From positions 87,668,001-87,732,000 of the forward strand of contig OZ320313.1 of assembly GCA_976226885.1 (NCBI GenBank): a DNA stretch of 64,000 nucleotides, given 5' to 3'. The notes under the pieces were generated by a model, which saw only the letters and a list, made by a program, of their open reading frames with translations, was not told the DNA's origin and made no database searches. The position numbers and the translations under genes were made by a program. Below are positions 35,733-45,692 of the stretch, one piece after another; within the stretch, counting starts at the first letter, position 1, and every line of letters begins with the position of its first letter. The DNA comes from Iphione sp. A-MEVVRFRX5 (taxonomy: Eukaryota).

Positions 35733-38392
35733 AAAAGATAAGACGGGCTTGCTGCTATCCAAAATATTATGAAAATGTATCAATATGGTTGACAGATTCT
35801 GTAAAAAAAGAAAACAAGGAGATTGTAGTGGAACGTTTTTGTCGCAAGTAAATATATAGTAACGGTCTTATATTTCGTTGATAAAATAAGAACATATTTT
35901 ATGTGAGAACGAAAGTTATATGATTATTTTTTTTATTTTGTATGCTAATTTCTTTGATTGTTCTGTCCTCGCCCATAGATGAAACATAGATGGGTAGAGC
36001 AAGACAGGAGAAGTTGTACTTTTACCATTCCTTGGCCGATTATTATATAGTTTCAACCTGATTAATGCTGGTCTTTCTTTAACAGTTCCAGGAACTACCT
36101 AGGTAGGGACTTGTACCCTCTGTACATAGAGTACATAGAATTCAGCCCACTATCCTCCGAGCCACAGAGAATGAAAACTGTTGAAAAGCTGTTGAAATTC
36201 CAAATCCCAAAATACAGTATAACCTCGCTATTCCAACATTCATTGGTTCCAAGGTAAATATACCTGCAATAGTGAGGGTGGTGGAATAGAGAGAGAGAGC
36301 TATATTTTACTTGTATTTTACTCATTTTTGTACAGGGAGAGGTCTCAGGGCTTCATAGAGCATGGTGAGGGGATGGTATTTAGGCAAAAAGAGATGTCAG
36401 GACATCATAGAGGATTGTAAGGAGATGGTATTTGTGCTAGGAAAGGTGTCAGGACATTACAGAGGATAGTGAGATGGTATTTGGGCATATAGTGGTGTCG
36501 GCACATCAGATATGATGGTGATAGGACTGTAATCAGGTGTTGCAACGTGAGGGACTCCTATTTCACCCTAGCCTTATGCCTGGAATACTGAGGTTCCACT
36601 GTAATAACCGAATGAATTTTTATTGCTTATAGACAGCTTTTCATGAAATGTTAAAGACTCGTTTTCCAAATGAAAATCTGTAAGACAAAATTATTTGTAT
36701 ATACGATTGTGTCAGCTTAACAACCCGGCCACACAGAACCTATATTTATAGCTATACTAAGATCACATGACCAAAGCCAAGTGTAACTAATACCAATGTA
36801 GCATAGAATAAAAAGATACTAAGTAATCATGTACAACTCCAATAGAATGTTTCTAACCAATTGGAGACTGGTAATAAGATACAGCGTAACCTCTCCAGTA
36901 CAGGAGATCAATCAATAGGTACTGGCCCTTCAACACTGTAACCTAAGCTTCCCAGGGGTTCTAACACGACTGGGGGTGTGCCTCCTTTTCTTTACTATTA
37001 CCTTAGGATTGCATTGGTCTGATGCGACCTAAGCACTGTTCTTTTTCTTGAAATATTAATTAGTATTGGCTGATAATGTCCATTGTTGAAAATTCAAAGC
37101 GACAGTAAACCAAATGGAGGATGTCTCCCGACTCGGAAGTTTAACAATGAAATAAATGTATAATGAAAATAGAGTGTTCAATTTATGATTCATTTTAAAC
37201 CATGTCAGAACACCCTTTAAGTATGCTTGAGAGAGCATGGTCGTTGTGCCAATGCTCTCCATCTTGACCTGCAGTCTCGATGTTGACCATTGGCACAACG
37301 ACCATGCTCTCGCAAGCATACTTAAAGGTGGAGCCCTTCATAGTGTCACAGGTGTGCACTGAATAACCTTAGCAGTCCTTATTTAGCTTGATGGTTTCAC
37401 AGGCATGCACCAGATGAACTCACTACTTCTTTATTTGGTAACAGGTGGCTATGTTGTTTCACATACATGTACCCCAAAGCCCTTATTTGCTAGAAGATGA
37501 TCCCATGGTGCCATGGTTATGCACTCATTGATCCTAACAGTTCGATGGTACCATGCTTATGCATTTATTGACCCTAACATTTCAATGGTACCATAGAGAG
37601 TAGTACACATGCACCATTCCATCTGTAAAAGGCTTCCAACTTTACAAACATTAATGTTAGTCAATTTCTACAATAATAACACTTGGAATGCTCAGCATAT
37701 AGTATTATTACTTGAGTTATATCATCTTTGGATTAATGTGATGTGCCAACTCATCTGGTTTGGGTGGTCAGTTAGTGCACTGTATCAAGCAAGTCTTTAG
37801 GGTAATAATGCATTTGAAAAAGTGCCAATGATGACATAATTCTACATGTAGGTTTTGTCATGTGGCCATTGGCAATTGTTTAATTTTTATTCAGTTTAGA
37901 AACAAAGGCAACGTTTTCTATGCCAAATATACATGTGGGACACGCGCGGTTCTCCTCATTTCTCAATGAAGTATTGCTTCTAGGAGCCAGGATGTTACTA
38001 ATCTAAATTGCCACACGATTCACAATCAACTGGTTGACACGGGCAGATTTTTCGGAGTGACTCCTGTAAGATTGCATTAATAGGGCAATGACTGCTATAT
38101 GCCACTAGGCGAGTACCAATATACATTTTTTAAATATTGCAAATCATAATAAATGATTGCAACATAGTGTATGGATACTCCCGAAATGTCTTGCTGATTG
38201 AATGGCTCTCATGAAACGGGTAAAAAGTAAGCCTTTTCAGTCCAAAATGTTATCATTTGGTCCTTCCTCCTTGAAATGGAGTGGCTCTTTTCTGTACCCC
38301 ACTATGAGAGAATGTATCATAAATCAAGGCTGCTTGAATGCAATACAATTGAAGCTGCAGAAAACCAGACCCACCTGTCAAAGACACGTTAA
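35733..38392 (+). CDS. Candidate exon chain of an unidentified gene (35733-35847, 36086-36253, 37403-37437, 38241-38392)
   Basis: Phase-compatible GT-AG exons translating KIRRACCYPKYYENVSIW...NYLGRDLYPLYIEYIEF...HAPDELTTSLF...QNVIIWSFLLEMEWLF; no family recognised. 36086-36253 has the strongest splice sites. Confidence 0.35.
37214..37328. repeat. 115-nt near-perfect inverted repeat (hairpin)
   Basis: 41-bp arms with one mismatch; further catc/gatg and gac/gtc pairing inside the loop. Confidence 0.9.
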
Positions 38393-38541
38393 TCGTTAAG
38401 GTCTTGCCTATGCAGTGGGAAGTGGCTGGTGAAGGAGCCCAAACCACCATTCCGACAGTGACTTCAGTATATTTGAAATACTCTCTTATGTGGTTGGATG
38501 TCGGGCTTTATAAATGTTCATTTTCCTCTGTTAAGAGTTTA

Positions 38542-38882
38542 GGCCTAAAAAAAAAAGTTCTGTGTTTCCGGTAACAAGCCAAAAAAAGACAGGGTCGGTC
38601 GGTAGGTACTGTTTTTTTTATTTTTCTTTTTTTTTCAATGTTAATTCAGACTGACAAGAAGAATACTGCATGGTTATATCACTTCTATTGCTTAGATTTT
38701 AATAAAACCTATATCAAATGAAAGCTAGTAGCCTATGGAGTAATTTGGTGTATAGAACATATTTCTATCCCTATCCATTCAAAAGTTATTGAAAAAAAAA
38801 AGAAAAAAAATAAAAAGTTACAATTGGCTATAATTTAGGGTCGGTCGGGTTACCGGAAACACGGGTATTTTTTGTTTAGGCC
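38542..38882. mobile_element. Complete Harbinger-type MITE related to family A
   Basis: TIRs GGCCTAAA...GTGTTTCCGGTAAC / GTTACCGGAAACAC...TTTAGGCC with TTA/TTA TSD. Confidence 0.88.
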
Positions 38883-39046
38883 TTAGTCCCCCTTCTAGTG
38901 GACGGCTAGAAGTACTGTAGACTAATGGAAGTCCCGAAGGTAGGACATGCATGAGGATATGCATTGGTTCAATGTGTAAAAGAAGAAATACATGTACACA
39001 TATACACAGAAGGGTTAGAGTATACCAAGTCAGCTGGGACTGCCCA

Positions 39047-39240
39047 GCTTCATCCCCACCTCCATGCCCAATGACAGACCTCTATGGGGTAGGGGGCTCA
39101 CGCCAAGAGCACACTAAGGCCGCCTTCCCACATCCTTGCTGGATGACCGACCTTGACCAGAGTGGGCGCCCTTGCAGAGAACATGCCCTAGCCAGCTCAC
39201 CACCTCCCTGCTGGACGACAGACCTCTATGAGGGAGGAGT
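39047..39240. repeat. 72-bp degenerate tandem repeat, about 2.7 units
   Basis: gac(a/c)gacct core at 39073, 39145, 39217. Confidence 0.8.
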
Positions 39241-41246
39241 CACCATAGTATGAGTAGGAGTCTGACGCGGAATCTGAATCGCGAGTGTGAGTGTGAGTCT
39301 GGGTGTGAAGAGGGGTATGACTGTAAGTCTGACATGTCGGAGTGTAAGTGTCCGGCTGAATATGAACGAATATGCAGTTGAGTATGAGTATGAGTCGGAA
39401 TGTGGACGAGAGTGTGTCTGGAGAAAGTGAATGTGAGTCTGAGTGTGTACCTGAGTGTGTGTGTGTCTAACCTGTGAGTCTAGGGTGTGTATGTCACAAG
39501 ACCTCCATTTTGGAATGATTCGCCGCAATACGTTCGACTAGTATATTCTTACCAACAGTTTTCGAAGACATCATTGTTACAAGCATTCTGAAGGTATACT
39601 AAAATATATTTTAATCATTTTGTCTGACTTGATGTACTGCCCCTCTGCGAGAAGCGTACACTGCACGTGTTTTGTAAACATAATTCGTACAGGGAAGACA
39701 AATACCGGGAGAGAAAGTTTCGGAGTAAACGGAATAGCTTTTGCCTGCTCCTCCACCTGTGCCGACGGTCGAACGCCCAAAAAGCGGCCGTGGTACGCCC
39801 CATGTTACTGGAGGTAGTGGCCGGGAGCCAGGAGTATCAGCCGACCCGCAGCTTCCAGCTTCAGTGGTGAGCTAAGGTACAGCCACACACAGGCTGCGTG
39901 TGTTTATGTGTACGTGTATTCAAGGTTGCGTTTGTGACCCGCCCTCTGTATGTCCAAGGTGAATAGACCAGATAGCCGAAACTCTAATCAAGTGTGTTTT
40001 AAGTGGTCTAGTTGTTCTATCAACCCGCCCACCCCCGAGGGCTGGGACAGAAAACATACGTTAAAAACAAGTGATTTCATGTGCATCGAATAATCCGATA
40101 ATGATCTAAACGCTTAGCTGATAAAAAAAAAGCATAATAGCTGCTTAATGTCTTCTATGTTCAAGCGGGTTTCACACACTTCATACAACTGTATTACACG
40201 AGGATCAATGTGTCGAGGTACATTCCAAAGCAAAACTACTGACAGACTCATAGACCAAGGGCAGAATAATACCACGAGAGAGGTTGTTGCTATATCATAT
40301 AAATCTATATTGAGTAATTAAAAGCAACTATTGGCCAATTCTGCCTATTTAAATGTAAATAGCTTCATTTAGAATGATAATGCGAAAAAGGAGTTTGTCA
40401 TCTACTTTTTTGGGTTTCTTACTAACCTAACGATATCTGTCTATTGGGAAGAACATGTTGTAACATGGAATGCCTCCTAAAAGACGTTTTTAATTAGGAC
40501 ATACTTCAAATATAATTATTTTCTCAAAGGACCTCAAAACCTACGGATCTGTATTTTAATGCACCGGGGATCCTGCTACTAGTACAGTAGAAATGTGTTC
40601 TTGCCTCCCTGGAGACATGCTGTCAGCACAAGTGTCTTTATGTCGCAATATTTCAGTGTGGTAATTAAATCAAATCTTCGTCGGCATCGTTGATTTAGAC
40701 ATTCACGGAACAGTCCCTACCCTTTGATATGCAGCCTCAAACGGCTGGAAGCAAAATAGGTTGTGTAGAAAGTGGCCTCAGGCCACGAGGGACACAAATC
40801 AGGACAGTTTTTCGAATCAGGACAGTTTCACGAATAACCGTTGGTGTCCCGATTAGATGTGGTCAAGTATTATTCCCAAATTTGAAATTAGTTTAGGCGT
40901 AGGAGAATACCAAGCTACTCCTTATGATTAACAATATGATAATGGCATGTCCTCCCTCCAGTAGTGTTGTCCAGAGAAAATAAGTGATTTGGAGGTTATC
41001 ATTTGGTCAAAAATAAATATTTGATTTGAATATATGGTCTTTTTTACATTGCACACTTATTTTCAATTTATTTTTCTTATGAAAAGCTTACGCTTATTTA
41101 AGAATATAGATAAAGAATTGAAGCTACATGTTCACTCCCACACCATTATTTTGTGTGTTTGCAAGACCTTCGATAAGATGGAACTGGTGCTAATAGGAAA
41201 CCAAATATCACAGATGGAAGGTAATAGAATCTGTATTGCCGCATAA

Positions 41247-41895
41247 GGCCCGGTTTCCTTATATGCGTTGCTGTGCGGCGAGCTGCGGAGAGGTCTGCGT
41301 GCGTTTCCAGTGCGTTGGTCTGCGTTGTGACTTCACCGCATGGCGACGCACAGGGGTGTCCTCTGACAACCAGTGCGGGCCAGTGCGGACCAGTGCGTTT
41401 TATGACTGTAAAATATGAAAAACCGGCAAAAAACCGCCGAAAACCGGCAAATTCCATGCAAATTGTCCCGAAAAACGCATATTTCATGCAAATTCGGCCG
41501 AAAACCGGCAAATTTCATGCAAAATCGGCCGAAAAACAGCTTATTTCATGCAAATTCGGCCGAAAACCGGCAAAATGTGCGGAAAAATTCGGGAAAAAAA
41601 CGATTTTGTGCGGAAATGTGCGGATATGTGCGGTATCAACATCCAAAAGTGAGTGAAAGTGAGCCAAAGTGAGTCAAAATGAGGAAATAGCAGTGCATTG
41701 GTGTGCGTTGCTGTGCGTGTGCGTGGAATTTACGGGAAGGGATCGAAAACGGGCAACGCAAGGTAACGCAGGGTAACGCACACGGAGAGCACCGCAGGTA
41801 AGGAACACCCCTCATTAAAATAACAGTGACAGTAAAATCCGTGCGTTTTCCGCACTCCAACGCACGCATGGCTACGCACATAAGGAAACCGGGCC
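41247..41895. mobile_element. 649-bp Harbinger-type MITE (family B) with internal ~31-bp tandem repeats
   Basis: 22-bp TIR GGCCCGGTTTCCTTAT(A/G)TGCGT with one mismatch, TAA/TAA TSD; catgcaaa motif recurs at 41455, 41485, 41516, 41547. Confidence 0.9.
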
Positions 41896-43810
41896 TAATG
41901 CATCATTATTTTAATCCGGAAGCTGTTTGGTTTGCCTTTAATCGGTACGCACACCGGCGGGTAAGATCAACCAGATATGCAAATCCCCTGCTGAACAGTG
42001 ACAAGATGTCAATCAATATACAGACATTACACCAGGGTAGAATAGGACAACCTCTATTGTGTTCTCCTAGAAATGCATCGTTTCCATATTTAGTTCATAC
42101 TTCATGCGGGGAATGTGTCTGCATTACCTTTTCTCGGATGGACAGACATAGGGGTATACCATAACTATGTAAATGCATGTGTATCTCTGTTCCAATAAAA
42201 TTCATGGTATTGTCATCATCAGTTAAACATCCCTCCAACACAATTCTCTGTATTTTCATGAACCATATACCATACATGTACAGTGGAATACCCCAATGCA
42301 GGTCGTCTCCACATTATGGTCTGTCCACAATGTGGCATTTGACTGTACTACTGGTCCATTTGACTGCGTGATTGTGTTTCACGTCGGAATGTAATGAACA
42401 GTGCTCAGAAATGAACGCTGCACTCACTCTCAGTCATGCGAAAGAACTGACGTACCACGTGTATAGAACCATCCACGGGCATTCTCATGTCTTCCGTCTA
42501 AACACACTGGACACACACTGCATATGCAGTACACTAACACAAGCGTGAACTGGCCCTTATATATTTTAATCCATTTATTTTTGGTGCATTATTGGAAATA
42601 GGAATGCCTGTATCCTGCACACCCCCGAAGAATTATGATCGCCATTATCAAATGAAGAGTGGGTAAACATCAATGAGTATTTCGGTGCCGGACGCTTCTT
42701 TTATAACGGTTTCAGTTAATCTCAGTACCCTTTCTGCGTTCTTGTAGATAAAATATCGATTTGATCACAGGAGACATCTTGCCCACCTTTCTCCTAGATA
42801 TGTCTAATGCGGTCCTACGAAAAGATCGAAAGAAAGTAAATGAAAGGCTCTCCCGGTCAGACACACTTAAAGTTGAGTTACGTTCACCGGTGAATGCAGC
42901 TATACATTCCGACTATAATGGCCACAGACAAGAGAGGACACGACCTTCATAGGATCAATCAAATACACAATGTATATTGAGGAAGAATCAATTAAACTAT
43001 GCGACGAAAGCGTCCCCCCCACACCCCAGGCCCTGGCTTCGCTGCTGCTGACCCATGACTTACGACTGTTCAGGAATTGTGTTAATCAAGACAAAGACCC
43101 GCGTACGAAAACCTCATCGTGCTGCTTCGTCTAAGTGTTACGAGGAGATGCACATCTGTGTCATCATTGCTTACTAGCTATTGGCCTTCTTTAGCATGAA
43201 CAAGTCTCAAATACTAGTGGATCTAGAAGGTACATGTCCATCAAGGAAAACCTATCGGTAGTGTACGGCGAAGCTGGCGTTGTCAGGGTCGTCATCATTA
43301 CGGGAGGCCTTCTCATGTTGGAACCACCTGAGGAGTGCGCGCATACATGGTTATAAGATCTTTTTGAACTAATCCGCTACCTTAGTAGTTTGCCACGGCT
43401 TCCCATTGCTTGCTTCTCCCGACAGTAAATGGATCCATTCCGTCAAAGTCAGAACAAGGAGTAGGTGTCTCTTGTCGGAAACATCGTTCGCGAACACGTT
43501 GTAATTCGACAGTTGCCAGAATAAAAATATATTCTATAAGACCTGTCGTAGGGCCCTGTCTAATTACTATTCCACCTGATGTCTTTCATATAATGAATGG
43601 AATCTCTTAAACATTATATCCGTATTCCTATGGCCAAGAACCCCATTCTGCTTCATAGGGATTTTCTCGTATAGTGCCTATTAAAATAAAATCCATAAAG
43701 CAATTGTGCGGTGCTATTCGAACTATATCTTTCTTTCGCTTTGAACTCTCTGTGCTCTATTTCTTATACAAGTGCCCTCTGCTCTCTAGGTGCCACCCCT
43801 CCCCATACAT

Positions 43811-44209
43811 GTATGTATGTATGTATGTATGATTCCTTGTTCGCTCCGATAGGAGCATAGGGCCAGCTGTATTGCTGGTTTCTTTGGCTGTAGGTTTACG
43901 GGGTGGGGGCGCCAACCCCATGCCCAGCCCTGTGGGCAGAGTGGAAGCATACTACCATTCTATTGTTGAGAACTGAGAGGCCAGAATACCCAGGGTTGCC
44001 CCCTTCTCTTATCAAATAGGTCTTCTGGGGTCTTTTTGTACATAGGGGACAGAATCCTATACACCCACGGCCTTTTTACGAGTTGTGGACCACTCTGGGT
44101 TAGGGATACAGTAAAACTGTCTGGTCATGATCAATAGTGCCGGACCCGGGAATTGAACCTGTGACCTCTCTATCAGTGGACCAGTGCTCTACCACTGAGC
44201 TAACTCCCC
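43811..44209 (-). mobile_element. tRNA-derived SINE
   Basis: Minus-strand head GGGGAGTTAGCTCAGTGGTAGAGC (A box) ... GGTTCAATTCC (B box), no acceptor-stem pairing, ~300-nt body, (CATA)n tail. Confidence 0.85.
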
Positions 44210-44816
44210 ACCATCTCCCCATAAATACACATGAATAAACAGAACAACCTTAGATAGTGGGTTTGTCTTGCATTCGATGTGTCCCATACTCGATATGTTC
44301 CATGCTCGATTTGTCCTGCTGGTAAGTTAATTCATCTCCCTTCTTAGTTGATTCGTCCCTCCACTCGGTAGGATGTGGTTACATGTTATAACACAATAAC
44401 GTAGTTATCCACTGGTTAATCGCATAAAAACTATTGTTCTTCCTAGTAATTAAAATCTGGACTAACTCATGGGTACATATAAGATGAAACGTTATTGGCT
44501 TTAGTGAACACAAGCTGGCGGTTCCTTGATGACTTGACTCGGAAGTTTGGGAGAGAAATGCATTCAAAATGCAGGCCTAAATGGCATGATTCCTGTCAAA
44601 TATGTTAGTTAATCATATGTGTCATTTGTATTTTTATAAAGTGCCAGTAAAAGGAAGAGCCCACCAGGGAATTTGGAGATGTATTACTTGGGAGAAGCCA
44701 ACTCAAGAAAGAGTTAAGAGAAGTGCTACGTATGTGGGTGCTGAGGAAAGGAATCGACTTCCAGTAGAATTAGATGATCAAAATATAATACGTTTTTCTA
44801 GGCTATTAAAGCAATA

Positions 44817-44994
44817 CAGTGCAACCCCTCTACTAAGGACACATTGCATAAAGGACACCTCCTACTATGGACAGGCTGGAAACAGAACCAAATCTATATA
44901 AGCATGTTGAAATACCCTTGCTATAAAGGACACCCCTCTTTATGGACACTTTTTGGTCAGTCCCTTTGCTGTCCGTTGTAGAGAGGTTCCACTG
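44817..44994. mobile_element. 178-bp Tc1/mariner (pogo-like) MITE
   Basis: TA-CAGTGCAACCCCTCTAC ... GTAGAGAGGTTCCACTG-TA; internal aaggacac repeats; a matching right end occurs at ~36590-36602. Confidence 0.85.
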
Positions 44995-45293
44995 TATATG
45001 TTGAACACTAATGCCCTATTCTAAAGGGTAAGGGCCAGTCAAGTAATAAGGTTTAGGAGTTGCTCTATTAAGAATTAATAGAGGACTCAATAAACCTTTT
45101 CAATTTCAATTTCAATTTCAAATTTTCATGTTAACAAGCTCAAAAAGGTCACGTGATGTGAATACAACCTCTCGCGCCAACACGATCTGGGGGAGTTTGT
45201 TTTTTCAACCAATGAAATTCTCTGTTTCAATAGTGAATAACCAATATGATGGTTCAAGAAAGCATCTATGTCTACCGTTGATTGAGAATTTAC

Positions 45294-45692
45294 CTATTTC
45301 GGTAATCTTTCACTGTACTCCATCCATAATTAAGATATTCTCCGATACTGTCGTTTGTTCTGGACTAAAAGCAGAATGGACCCATTCCACGTCAGGTATT
45401 AGTATAAATAGACCTGCCAAGCGTGACGCAGATGCTAGTTTCTAGTAAGGTCGGATGCTGTTAGCAGCTCATAAAAGGAACTGTATTCACTGTATTCACC
45501 GCGTTCCCGGGCTAACCAGAAGACACCGTATCGGCAATGATGCTGGTAACTTGTTGGTTCATATTTCAGTCTGGCTCCCTTCTGCTTTTCTGATTGGTTT
45601 TTATTGTACATACCGAAATATCCGCGTCAGGGAAATTATCCACTTTGACAGAGCTGTTGTCGCTGTCATTGAGGGATCCACCAAGGCGGAAC
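45294..45692 (-). CDS. Candidate exon pair of an unidentified gene (45692-45614, 45364-45294)
   Basis: Canonical sites (ctaacag/GTATGT; cttttag/GTAAAT), joined in frame: FRLGGSLNDSDNSSVKVDNFPDADIS|SRTNDSIGEYLNYGWSTVKDYRN. Confidence 0.45.

Noticed and set aside
41420-41580. CRISPR-like repeat array (also 17890-18085)
   Set aside because: Head-to-tail tandem units without unique spacers, inside TIR elements in a eukaryotic genome with no cas genes.
44135-44209. Functional tRNA gene
   Set aside because: A and B boxes are present but the acceptor stem does not pair, and it continues into a SINE body and tail.
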